A stretch of 64,000 bases of DNA from an uncultured Bacteroidota bacterium. GTDB taxonomy: Bacteria > Bacteroidota > Ignavibacteria > UBA10030 > UBA6906. Location: assembly GCA_963700635.1 (NCBI GenBank), contig CAVOYH010000003.1, forward strand, positions 1 through 64,000. Direction: 5' to 3'. The first letter of the stretch is position 1. The number at the start of each line of letters is the position of its first letter. The notes under the pieces are model-generated. The model ran no database searches and was not told the DNA's origin. It worked only from the letters and a program-made list of their open reading frames with translations. Position numbers and translations under genes: made by a program. Below are positions 33,111 through 42,540 of this stretch, in pieces.

Positions 33111-34883
33111 TTATTTAATAATAACAAACTTGCCGACCTGGACTTTTGCGTTGTGCATATCTTCAACGGTGAACAGGTAGATCCCGCTCGCAATCGCCTG
33201 GCCGATGGAGGATGTGAGATTCCAGTCTTCGTATCCTCTTGCTGCATCGGTGTGATCAATGGTGGTGACCAGATCACCCGCAAGGGTATAGACTTTAATC
33301 TGACAGTTGGCGGGCAGGTTGATAAACTGGATTCTGCGGTCCTGTTCCATCCACCAGGGCCTGTTTCCCTGCGGACGTTCCCAGGGGGGGTTGTAGGAAT
33401 TGTAGGCGATATCCCCGCGGTAAGGGTTGGGCACCACGGCAACCTCCCCGACAGTTTCCGGAGGCGCGGTTCCCGGGATCACGGTCAATGCGTTGGCCGA
33501 AATACTGGTTTCCTGCGACGGGAAATTGATAACGTTGTCCGGCTTTGAGAAGGCCGTCAAACCATAATAGTATTCCACATTGTTGAGAAGCCCGCCGTCT
33601 TTGTACGTGTACTGCAGGCCGGTATTATGCCCCTCCTGGTTGATCAGATCATATTCCGCCAGAAGGGTCCACGGCCCATCGGGGCCCTTGGTGCTCTTGT
33701 ACAGCCGGTATCCTTCGAAGGGGTGTGTGATCGTATCCCCCCGGTTCGGATCGCTGTAGAGTTCCGGATTCACTCTGCCCGGAAGCGGGGTCCAGTCGAG
33801 GGAGACTTCATGATTCGCCGTGGTTATCCTCACGGATGGACGTGGTGGCGGCGACGGGACACGGAAATTTTTGCTTTTCAGGAACTTCAGATACTCTGCG
33901 TTCCTCAGGGCTCCTGCAACGCCATACCCGAACACCTGGGCCATCTCCACCACAATCGTGTCACCCACATTGATCTGGAATGGGCCGAAAGCGAAGATGA
34001 TGTGCGCGCGTGCACGTTCGATACGGTCCGGCATGATCCGTCCGCTTGCCATGTCTTTGTAACAGGCGGGATCTTTGCTCGGCAGCTCTTCGTGTTCGTA
34101 GTAGTTGAAACTCCAGCTGGGTGATGTTGTGGGGGCCATCACGTTGAACCCGATCGGGCTTATCGCCGTCCCGTCCGTCCAACCGGGTGAATCCTCAGCC
34201 ATCGCCATCTTGTAGTCCGGGAACCACCGGGTGTATTCGTCGATGTAATTGTCGCCGGCGGCGATAGTCCCGATAGAACTGTGCATCCAGAAGCCGATGA
34301 AAGCGTCCTTGATCGGGATTTTTTTGGCCACGATGTAGTATTTGTGCAGCAGGAATTCGTTAAGCTGTCCCGAGCTCCAGGAATATGTTGTCTGGATGAT
34401 GTCCAGGTGGAGCGGCGTGTGGTTGTCAATATTCAACACATTATAGTCGCTGTACCGGGAGACAAAGTCCTGATCGGAAACACATTCATACTCTGGCCAG
34501 TAAGGGATGTTGAGGGTGTCTCCCTTTGAACCTGTCCAGATGGAATCCCAGTTGTTCTTTGTGGGATAAAACTCGTGGGGGGAGAAGTGCGCCTCTGACT
34601 GTGAGACAAGCGTATCGCCGGTCGGCGTTATCCCGCCAATCCAGATGCCACCCTGGTAGAGGTGCTCTTCATCGCTGCCGGGCGGAAACTCTGCATTGAT
34701 AAGGCCCGGGTATCGTGTCCGGCCCTTGGAGAAGGTTCCCATATTGGTGATAACCTGTCGGACATTCCCGACCGTGGTCATCCTCCAGTCCAGCTTCGCA
34801 TCGATAAACTGGGAAAACACAAGCGCTTCGGGCACCAACAACAGGATGCACGCCACAGCAAGGGATCGTCTCAACACACTCAT
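33111..34883 (-). CDS. secreted protein with Fn3-like domain and a variant T9SS-type C-terminal domain
   Basis: FEGYRLYKS, YYYGLTAF, then VAVVPNPY...RRIQFINLPANCQIKVYTLAGDLV...WNL...IASGIYLF...GKFVIIK. Confidence 0.75.
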   Translation of the reverse strand: MSVLRRSLAVACILLLVPEALVFSQFIDAKLDWRMTTVGNVRQVITNMGTFSKGRTRYPGLINAEFPPGSDEEHLYQGGIWIGGITPTGDTLVSQSEAHFSPHEFYPTKNNWDSIWTGSKGDTLNIPYWPEYECVSDQDFVSRYSDYNVLNIDNHTPLHLDIIQTTYSWSSGQLNEFLLHKYYIVAKKIPIKDAFIGFWMHSSIGTIAAGDNYIDEYTRWFPDYKMAMAEDSPGWTDGTAISPIGFNVMAPTTSPSWSFNYYEHEELPSKDPACYKDMASGRIMPDRIERARAHIIFAFGPFQINVGDTIVVEMAQVFGYGVAGALRNAEYLKFLKSKNFRVPSPPPRPSVRITTANHEVSLDWTPLPGRVNPELYSDPNRGDTITHPFEGYRLYKSTKGPDGPWTLLAEYDLINQEGHNTGLQYTYKDGGLLNNVEYYYGLTAFSKPDNVINFPSQETSISANALTVIPGTAPPETVGEVAVVPNPYRGDIAYNSYNPPWERPQGNRPWWMEQDRRIQFINLPANCQIKVYTLAGDLVTTIDHTDAARGYEDWNLTSSIGQAIASGIYLFTVEDMHNAKVQVGKFVIIK

Positions 34884-34911
34884 AGCATCGCTCTCACGGC
34901 TGTGATCAGAG

Positions 34912-37704
34912 TTAAAAATCGATTCTGAGGCCCAGTTTCGTCGTTCGTCCAGTGGAGAAGATACGCGGATCCCGGAGACTCAACATAGTATAATAGTCGT
35001 ACAGATTGTTTTGCGGCTTCTCTATGTCGCCGTATTTGTACGGTTCTCCGGTCCACGTGTTGAAACCGAGGTCCGATCGCACGGTTTGTACGTTCCGTTG
35101 ATCGAACAGATTAAACACATCAAAGGTCACTGCCAGGCGGATACCGCCCACCGTAAAGCCCTTTTCAAATTTCAGATCAGTACTGCTCGTGAACGGTCCG
35201 TAGGCTGTATTCTCCTGCTTCTGGGATTCCACCGGATTCAGTGAGGCCTGCCCCGGTGTGTACGGCGTCCCGCCCGAGAACCGGTAGAGCAACGTGAGGT
35301 TCCAGTCATCGGAAAGCTCAAGCCCAAAGACATTCGGGTGCTGTCCCTTTCCTGCTGCCAGCGTCGCCTGTACGATAATCTGATGGCGGACATCCCACTC
35401 CAGCGCGCGTTCGCGAATCGGGTAGGGGAAGTTGTTCGTGGAACGGACATAGTCGTCAAAAGCCGACGAAGAGTAACCGTTCGCCCACTGGATGGTGTAT
35501 GTCGCCCTCCCCCCGATGTAATCCGAGGGGTTCTTGACTATCTCGAACTCCAGTCCCCTTGTTCGCCCGTATCCCTTGTTATCGTACAGATCGATCGGGG
35601 TCCCCTGCGTGCTGTACACACGCGTGGTCCCGATCTGCTTCGAAATATCTTTTCCGTAATTTTTTATATCGATCGCCCAGTAGTCGGTCAACTGGTGTGT
35701 GAACCCGAACTCGTACAGGATTGTCTGTTCGTAATCCAACCCGGGGTTGCCGGTAAATCCGCTGCTGTACGGATCCCGGTAGTAATACTGCAGCTCGGGT
35801 AACTGGTTAAAGTGTCCGTATGAGAAGAACACAACCGTGTTTTCGGATATGGGAAACGACACACCGAACCGCGGACTGATTTTGAAGATGGACTGGTTCC
35901 AGCTCGGTTTGAGTCCCGTTGCCCGTTCCCACGTTGCCATCCACTCCTGTTGCATGACACTCTTGCCGAGATTGAAGTAATCGACCCTGACCCCCGCATT
36001 GATGACGAGGTACTCCAGTTCAAACTTATCCTGAAAGTACACCGAGGCAATGATCGGTTTGACGTCAAAGACCCACCGGTTCTGGCCAAACAGCGGGAAG
36101 GGCCCGGGCGGCGGTATGGAATCAATCCCCTGTCCGTACCGCGACAACTTGGCGCCCCCATCCTGAATGTCGATGTAGCTGATGGTGTTGAACGAACCTT
36201 CGATCCCGACCTTGATGAGGTGGGCGGGATGGACCTGGGAAGTAAGGTCCCCTTTGAACGTGTATGTCTTGGTGTGATCATCCCGCCAGATCGATTCCAC
36301 TCCCTGGGCGTCAAAGAAACCGGTACTCGGGTTGATGATTGGTGATGTGTAGAACGAAATGTAGCGTCCGGAAGTATCCTGCCGCCAGAACTCCGGAGGA
36401 GTCCGGCCGCCGAGAGAGCCTCTGTACTGCACATCCAGATAGCCTGCCATCAACGTGTAGTACGTGGACTTGGAAAGCACATTGCTGAACGATGCGTTGA
36501 GGGTGTAGTTGTTCCGACGATAGTCTGCAGTATTGTCCGGATTGTATTTCCACAGATAGGAGAACGAACTCCACTGTTTTTTGGATCCATGATAGCTCAG
36601 TGCAAGTTTGTGTTCCCCGCTGATATCCCAGTTCAGTTTGGCATTCAGATTCGTGGAATTGTCCTGCCGTTCGCGGATATTCCACGCGAACATCTCAAAA
36701 TCACGTCGTGACCGTTTGTTGTCGTAGGGCGTGTTTGTCAGCGTGGTGTTGCCGGAGAGAAAAAACGTCAGACCTTTGAACGGGTGTACGCCGAGAGCGG
36801 GCAACAGGGTCTGCGTGATGGGTTCCGGCCCACCGATGTAAAACGAACCGTAGTCGGTGGTGTAGGATTCACCAAAGACCCCCGCCTGGTCGGTTTTGAA
36901 TTCAATCCCTCCCTTGAATGAGTCGCCACCGCTTTTTGTAATAATATTCACAACCCCGGATTGCGCCTGACCGTACTCGGCGTTAAATGCGCCGGTGAGG
37001 AGTTCCACGCTCTCCACATCAACAAGATTCAGGTCCATGACACTGCGCCCGCCGTAAATCGGATGTGTCACCGGCATACCGTCAACCATATACAGGATTT
37101 CGCCGCCCCGGCCGCCGCGGATATGTACATCTTGGAGACTTTCATCCCGAACCTGCAGCTGTGTCCCGTCGGCAAGCCGGAGAGTCGGAGGCGCGGCGGT
37201 TAATACCGTACCCCCCTGAAGCTTGAAAATGTCGGTCGTCGCATCCAGGCCCGGTGTTTCGCGGATGGTGCTCTGCGAGACCGTGCGCCGGGTCGAGGTG
37301 ACATCTTTCTGCACCATTTTCTGCTCGGCCAGAACGGTCACGCCTTCAACTTCAATGGCGGATTGCTCCAGCTTTACGTGGAGTTCGGCCGTAAGATCCA
37401 CCTGGACGCGCACACCCTTAAATGTGATCCCCTGGTAACCCACGCTTGTAACCTGCAGATCGTGCACACCGGGGGGTACGCGGAGGATATAGAAGTGCCC
37501 TTCGATGTCGGTGGATGCGCCGAGTGCGGTCCCCTTCACCGCCACATTTGCGCCGACGAGCGCTTCGCCGGTACCTTTGTCTTTCACCGTTCCTGCTATC
37601 TTCCCCAAGTTTTGCGGAAATGCCGAGGGAACTATCAGCAGGACGGCAAGCACGACGGCCACCGGGTGAACAGAGAACAACCATTGAAGGGGGCGCCACA
37701 TCAT
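34912..37704 (-). CDS. TonB-dependent receptor with carboxypeptidase-regulatory-like N-terminal domain
   Basis: GKIAGTVKDKGTGEALVGANV, plug HIRGGRGGEILYMVDG, TGAFNAEYGQAQSGVVNIITK, ISPRFGVSFPI, C-terminal LRIDF. RBS AAGGAG. Confidence 0.92.
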   Translation of the reverse strand: MMWRPLQWLFSVHPVAVVLAVLLIVPSAFPQNLGKIAGTVKDKGTGEALVGANVAVKGTALGASTDIEGHFYILRVPPGVHDLQVTSVGYQGITFKGVRVQVDLTAELHVKLEQSAIEVEGVTVLAEQKMVQKDVTSTRRTVSQSTIRETPGLDATTDIFKLQGGTVLTAAPPTLRLADGTQLQVRDESLQDVHIRGGRGGEILYMVDGMPVTHPIYGGRSVMDLNLVDVESVELLTGAFNAEYGQAQSGVVNIITKSGGDSFKGGIEFKTDQAGVFGESYTTDYGSFYIGGPEPITQTLLPALGVHPFKGLTFFLSGNTTLTNTPYDNKRSRRDFEMFAWNIRERQDNSTNLNAKLNWDISGEHKLALSYHGSKKQWSSFSYLWKYNPDNTADYRRNNYTLNASFSNVLSKSTYYTLMAGYLDVQYRGSLGGRTPPEFWRQDTSGRYISFYTSPIINPSTGFFDAQGVESIWRDDHTKTYTFKGDLTSQVHPAHLIKVGIEGSFNTISYIDIQDGGAKLSRYGQGIDSIPPPGPFPLFGQNRWVFDVKPIIASVYFQDKFELEYLVINAGVRVDYFNLGKSVMQQEWMATWERATGLKPSWNQSIFKISPRFGVSFPISENTVVFFSYGHFNQLPELQYYYRDPYSSGFTGNPGLDYEQTILYEFGFTHQLTDYWAIDIKNYGKDISKQIGTTRVYSTQGTPIDLYDNKGYGRTRGLEFEIVKNPSDYIGGRATYTIQWANGYSSSAFDDYVRSTNNFPYPIRERALEWDVRHQIIVQATLAAGKGQHPNVFGLELSDDWNLTLLYRFSGGTPYTPGQASLNPVESQKQENTAYGPFTSSTDLKFEKGFTVGGIRLAVTFDVFNLFDQRNVQTVRSDLGFNTWTGEPYKYGDIEKPQNNLYDYYTMLSLRDPRIFSTGRTTKLGLRIDF

Positions 37705-37714
37705 CGCAATCTCC

Positions 37715-39199
37715 TTACTGTACATGCAAACTCCGGAGAATTTCCTGTGCCATCACCTGAGCATCCTGTTTCTTAATGAAGTACATCGGGAATCCAAGCA
37801 CCACGGCGTCAAAGACGGTTCCATAATATCGTAACGCAACGGCCCTGCCGCGATAGGTAACATTCGGACTGGAAAGGTCGTTTTCGTATGAATACAGGAT
37901 GTCGGTAAACCCGGCCATCGTGGTGATAAGATTCACCTGTGACAGTTTGCCGTCGTACGGGAAATTTGCAAGGCGGGCAGAATCCACCTGGATACTCGAA
38001 AACGACCCGGTCTTCCCTTTTGCTCCCGTCATATCACCGAGAATGTCGGTCTCTGTCACACCCCTGATGTGCAGATAATCATACACAAATGTACCCGGGG
38101 TGAACGAGAACGGGAAGTTGTTGTAGTATGCAAACGACTTCAGGATACGCCAGCCTCCCATCAAAAACTTCCCGCCGACCTTCAGGTAATCCGTAAATAC
38201 TTCTATGTTCGCCGGGTCGGAGATCTTGTGCGGCCTGCTCGCCGGCACGTCGTCGGCGTGCCAGACGATGAGCTTGTACTCGGCCAGGATCTCCCGCGGC
38301 GGCATTCCCCGGGTTTTAAAATCCCATTCCGTGGCTCCCGGGAAAACATCTGCGTAAAACTTGTCCACCACGCTGTCGGGAATACCCCAGGTGATAAACG
38401 GATTGTTAAACTCGTCCGTCTCATCGATGATGATCACGTTCTTGCTGAAGGAAGGGATCAACAGGGTGACCGACACGGAATCGCCGACAGGGTCGAGAAG
38501 ATTCGTATTGTTGCGTGAGGTGACCTTCAGTTTGTGGCGTCCGTTCAGGGAACCGGGAATCTTGTCCGGCGTGATGAAGATGGACGTGTCTGTCTGCCAT
38601 GTCCAGGGGCCGTCATCTACTGACCATGCATAATCCACAATTTTCCCACGGCCGGTGGGATCGGTGCCCTTGAATACCAGCAGGACTCCCTGCCACCAGT
38701 CGGTCACCTGCGGACTCACCAGAAGGGTTCCGTTGTTCGAGGGATAGAGTATCTTCGTAATCGGCGGACTGGTGCGCAATGTATACAGGATCCGCTCGGC
38801 CGGGGTCGGGTCCGGGTTCCCTGCATTGTCGATCGCCCGTACAAGAAACCGCTGCATGTTCAGCGCTTGAGTCGAATTAAAGGCAATGACCGCACCTGTC
38901 CCCGTGGTATCATGCCATGCCGTCGAGTCGTACAACTCCCAGAACGTTGAAGAACCGGGCGCAAGATGATACGTGAAATACCGGTACTGGTACCCCGCCA
39001 CATATCCGTCATTGTCACCACCGGTCCAACTCAGACTGACCAGCGCAAAGACGGTGTCTTGCTCCTTCGGCACATTGGCGAGCCGGGTATCGGGCGGACC
39101 GTCAGGATTCTCCGGAGCTACCGGACGCTCGCAGGAGAGCCAGAGAGGAACACAGGCTGCAGCAAGCAGCATAAGTGAAACCGCGGACCATCGTCTCAT
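37715..39199 (-). CDS. surface lipoprotein (Ig-like repeats plus a C-terminal alpha/beta domain)
   Basis: Lipobox-like WLSC. Repeated SWTGGDNDG / FKGTDPTG modules, RAIDNAGNPDPTPA. Confidence 0.7.
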   Translation of the reverse strand: MRRWSAVSLMLLAAACVPLWLSCERPVAPENPDGPPDTRLANVPKEQDTVFALVSLSWTGGDNDGYVAGYQYRYFTYHLAPGSSTFWELYDSTAWHDTTGTGAVIAFNSTQALNMQRFLVRAIDNAGNPDPTPAERILYTLRTSPPITKILYPSNNGTLLVSPQVTDWWQGVLLVFKGTDPTGRGKIVDYAWSVDDGPWTWQTDTSIFITPDKIPGSLNGRHKLKVTSRNNTNLLDPVGDSVSVTLLIPSFSKNVIIIDETDEFNNPFITWGIPDSVVDKFYADVFPGATEWDFKTRGMPPREILAEYKLIVWHADDVPASRPHKISDPANIEVFTDYLKVGGKFLMGGWRILKSFAYYNNFPFSFTPGTFVYDYLHIRGVTETDILGDMTGAKGKTGSFSSIQVDSARLANFPYDGKLSQVNLITTMAGFTDILYSYENDLSSPNVTYRGRAVALRYYGTVFDAVVLGFPMYFIKKQDAQVMAQEILRSLHVQ

Positions 39200-39256
39200 A
39201 GGACACCTACCATCTCTTCAATACTCCGGCCTGTTCTGTTTCGTACTAACCATGTG

Positions 39257-39916
39257 CTAGCGCGTTGTCACACGTGTAACGACCACTTTACGTTCGAACA
39301 AAAACTGATCCCGGTACCGTCGCAGGGACTCGTAAGGCCGAATTTCCAGCTGGACCTCGGTCACACCCTGTTCGTTCACGGTGAACGACGCGGGAAATTC
39401 CATATTCGGGGCGACACCCGGAGGGAGACTGACGGGATTGAGGTAATGTTTGGGGACAAAAATCTCCATTTCCGAAGCGGTGATGCTGAGGGATATCTTT
39501 GTGTAGTTCCCCGGGGGGACGTATGAATCAAAGATCACATGCTGGCGGAACCGGCTGTTTGCCGCCGTGATTACGGTGGTATCCTGGATCGTAATCGGAA
39601 TGCCGTTCAGCCATTCCCGTCCCAGAATATTGACAGTATCGCTCCCTTTGCGTTCGCTGGTGACGTTGTTATAGATATATGCGGAGGCATCGCTGCCCTG
39701 ATAGGCGCGTCCCTGGGCCACAATAACGTCAAACTTGTCCCATCGCGAAAACCGCGACGTATCACTCTGAATGATGATCGTCGTATCGCTGTCTGCACCC
39801 TTCAGCGTTATGCGCAGGACACCGGGTTCGGGGGATGGCTCCACGTTGGTCCTGCACCCCTGCACAGACCAGAGGAGAGAGCACACCGCAAGCAACAGAG
39901 TTACACTCTTCCGCAT
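39257..39916 (-). CDS. lipoprotein, DUF4382-like
   Basis: Lipobox-like VQGC, then GVLRITL...VPPGNYTKISL. Confidence 0.6.
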   Translation of the reverse strand: MRKSVTLLLAVCSLLWSVQGCRTNVEPSPEPGVLRITLKGADSDTTIIIQSDTSRFSRWDKFDVIVAQGRAYQGSDASAYIYNNVTSERKGSDTVNILGREWLNGIPITIQDTTVITAANSRFRQHVIFDSYVPPGNYTKISLSITASEMEIFVPKHYLNPVSLPPGVAPNMEFPASFTVNEQGVTEVQLEIRPYESLRRYRDQFLFERKVVVTRVTTR

Positions 39917-39950
39917 ACACGCCTCGTTTCCTTCATGAACACCTTCTGAG

Positions 39951-40040
39951 TACAGGGAGTAGGCAGTAGGCAGAATATCTCCCGGAGGGCCTGAGCGCCC
40001 GTTTCCGTACACACGTTCTGCCTACTGCATACTTCGTACA
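39951..40040. repeat. intergenic inverted repeat built from degenerate heptamers
   Basis: gcagtaggcagaa (39963-39975) and ttctgcctactgc (40016-40028) form a perfect 13-bp IR. Tandem agtaggc units on the left and 7-nt periodicity on the right. Confidence 0.65.
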
Positions 40041-40104
40041 GCACCTGCACTCCATCTACTCCCGACATCACATCTGCTCCAGCCCGCACTGCGGGCCGTA
40101 CTGA

Positions 40105-42243
40105 TTACCGCATCAACATCATCTTCATGGTCTTTTCATACTGACCGGCAGTCAGACGGGCAAAGTACACACCGCTGGCCACACCGAAGCCCGTGTCGCT
40201 GTTTCCTTCCCACCGGACAAAATGCTGTCCGGCATGGAGGTTTTCGTTCATGAGCGTCTTCACCTTACGACCCAGCAGGTCATAGACCACAAGCTGGGTT
40301 TGCAGGGCGGATGGGATCGTGAATGAAATCTGCGTGCTCGGGTTGAAAGGATTCGGATAGTTCTGCTTCAATTCGAACGTCCACGGGGAGTTCGGATCAA
40401 TCGGGCCTGATACGTCGGTAATACCAGCCTTGGCGTAGTTATAGAGCTGGACGTTATCCAGGTGCCCGCGGAACGGCGGGATGTACCACCAGTTGGATGG
40501 ATCCGTATAGGCACGCCCGATGCGCATCGTTGCCGGACCGACCGAACCGCCCATGATGGGAGGAACCGGAGCATCCGTTACCTGGAGATACTTCAACACG
40601 TCATTGGAGTCGCGCACCGAGAGAGCGACCTTTCCTGCCACAGAGCTCCGCTCGTACACTACGTGATACCATTGTCCAAATTGCGTGGCATTGGTATCCT
40701 GCAGGGCGATCATAGAGAGGTTATCTGCGCGGGAATATCTTCCCGTGATTGCGATCCGTCCCTGCGCGTTATTCCGGAAGCTGACTTCAAAGTTGTTGTT
40801 GTTCCAGTCTGCTTCGGTTTGCGCGTAGTTGATGATCCGTGATGCATGCTGTGTCGTGTCGGCACGCAGCCAGAAATCCAGACAGAACTCTTCTGCTGCA
40901 AGGAACGGCGAGGCTGCTTCCACCCAGCCGGAATCAATATCCGGCCGCGGATAGAACAGATACAGCGAGGCGTTTCCCTGTTTGCGGATAGTAGAATACG
41001 TCGGGATTCTTTTTGCCGTGATCACCGAATTGTTCGGTGAGTGGTCTATCGGCATGTTTCCCGTACCTTCTTCGAATGTCAGCCACAACGTCTGGGAATT
41101 CGGCTCGAAGATATAGAATGTATAGTACTGCGGATTCGATGGCTTTTCGGCAGTCAACGGGACCACCGAGCGCATGCCGTTGTTGTCCATTGCGGTGACA
41201 AAATACTTGATTTGCGAGCCGGACGGACGGGCGGGGATTGTCCCGGAGAAGTCGACCCCTGCTCCGGTCATGGTCAGGCTGTCCCACTGTGTGGTATAGT
41301 AATGCAGCTTTGCACTGGTGATTGTCCCACCCAGGTTAAACGGCTGGATCTTTGCATTGACCGTGTATCCCGTGGCTGTCGCTGGTTGATTTGCGAGCCG
41401 GGTCACGTTGGTGATAAGGGGCGGACCGGCAAAATTCCGGACCACCTTGCTGATCCGGATTTCATCCAGGAATCCATCCAGCCAGGAGTCGCCACTCGGA
41501 GAGGCATTCACTTTCGCGCCGGCCCATCCGATGTGAATCGGATTAATATTGGTCTTGGGGATGTCGCCCGGATTGAAGCCGGCGGCTGTAAACGAAAGAA
41601 GGTTCTTGTTTACATCGTGCACCATCTGTGCGATGATGCCGCGGGAGGCATCGCGGATGAACGTAAGGTGGACCCATTGCCCAGGAGCGAACATGTTGTT
41701 TTCGGAGCTGACGCTGACAAACGCATCGTTCTCGGCATAGTAGCCGGCATGGAAGAGGCGGTTGTCGCCCCACATTTCCAGCCAGTAGTTCGGATGCCAG
41801 AACACATCGACACCGGGTTTCATCACGACACGTGGCACCCAGCGATAGTCATTGGAGGCATCGCCGAATGTAAAGATATTTGCCCACGCCTCAATGGTCC
41901 ACGACCCCTGCATATCAAACGCAGCCGTGTCGGCAACGGTAAGATACGTCGAGTCCGTGATTGCTCCGTTGTCCAGACGTACACACTGACCCATACCGGC
42001 GACACCGGTATTGTTCAGGAAGTAGATCTTTGACGGGCTGGTGGTATTGCGGACGGCGGCGGTGTCGGTCTTGCCGAGTGCAGCCGCAGCATTTGCCATG
42101 TTACCATCGAAATGGAGAAGCAGGACAGTATTGGAATCAGCGGTATAGGGCCCGCCAATCGCCTCGAGAGCCTGCGCATGCAGCCCGACCGCAAACACCA
42201 CCGTCAGGATGACGATGGAAAAGAAGTAGAACCGGGATTTCAT
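40105..42243 (-). CDS. double LamG/ConA-like domain protein with canonical T9SS type A C-terminal domain
   Basis: LLLHFDG, WTIEAW, GQWVHL, GFLDEIRIS. Second LamG: GQWYHV, FRGHLDNVQLY. CTD LKQNYPNPFNPST...KMMLMR. RBS AAGGAGG. Confidence 0.85.
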   Translation of the reverse strand: MKSRFYFFSIVILTVVFAVGLHAQALEAIGGPYTADSNTVLLLHFDGNMANAAAALGKTDTAAVRNTTSPSKIYFLNNTGVAGMGQCVRLDNGAITDSTYLTVADTAAFDMQGSWTIEAWANIFTFGDASNDYRWVPRVVMKPGVDVFWHPNYWLEMWGDNRLFHAGYYAENDAFVSVSSENNMFAPGQWVHLTFIRDASRGIIAQMVHDVNKNLLSFTAAGFNPGDIPKTNINPIHIGWAGAKVNASPSGDSWLDGFLDEIRISKVVRNFAGPPLITNVTRLANQPATATGYTVNAKIQPFNLGGTITSAKLHYYTTQWDSLTMTGAGVDFSGTIPARPSGSQIKYFVTAMDNNGMRSVVPLTAEKPSNPQYYTFYIFEPNSQTLWLTFEEGTGNMPIDHSPNNSVITAKRIPTYSTIRKQGNASLYLFYPRPDIDSGWVEAASPFLAAEEFCLDFWLRADTTQHASRIINYAQTEADWNNNNFEVSFRNNAQGRIAITGRYSRADNLSMIALQDTNATQFGQWYHVVYERSSVAGKVALSVRDSNDVLKYLQVTDAPVPPIMGGSVGPATMRIGRAYTDPSNWWYIPPFRGHLDNVQLYNYAKAGITDVSGPIDPNSPWTFELKQNYPNPFNPSTQISFTIPSALQTQLVVYDLLGRKVKTLMNENLHAGQHFVRWEGNSDTGFGVASGVYFARLTAGQYEKTMKMMLMR

Positions 42244-42396
42244 TGGTTACCCTCCTTGTGATGATGGCATAACGTAAAGCATTAACTGCCGTGTGCGCAA
42301 GAGCCGCACGACCCGAAGGACGGCAGGACAGTAATCATGTGGACGTCGGATCACCTCCCTTCATTGGAAAACACGCATGAGACAATTGTTCGTGTG

Positions 42397-42415
42397 TTCG
42401 ATGTTAGCGCTAACA
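42397..42415. promoter_or_regulatory. LacI-type palindromic operator TGTTAGCGCTAACA, copy 1
   Basis: Perfect 14-bp palindrome at 42402-42415. The 19-mer ttcgatgttagcgctaaca is identical to the copy at 46166-46184. Confidence 0.8.
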
Positions 42416-42484
42416 CACCTGACCATACCGCTCGGAGATCAGTCTTCTGTGTCAACATTCTGGATGAATCGGGAGATTGCCTGA

Positions 42485-42513
42485 ATGCTAACGATTGTAT
42501 CCATAAAAGTCAA
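42485..42513 (-). promoter_or_regulatory. putative sigma70 promoter for the glycan locus
   Basis: TTGACT-N17-TAGCAT on the minus strand, upstream of operator copy 1. Confidence 0.4.
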
Positions 42514-42540
42514 CAGAAAAATGAACTTTCGGCACTCTTA

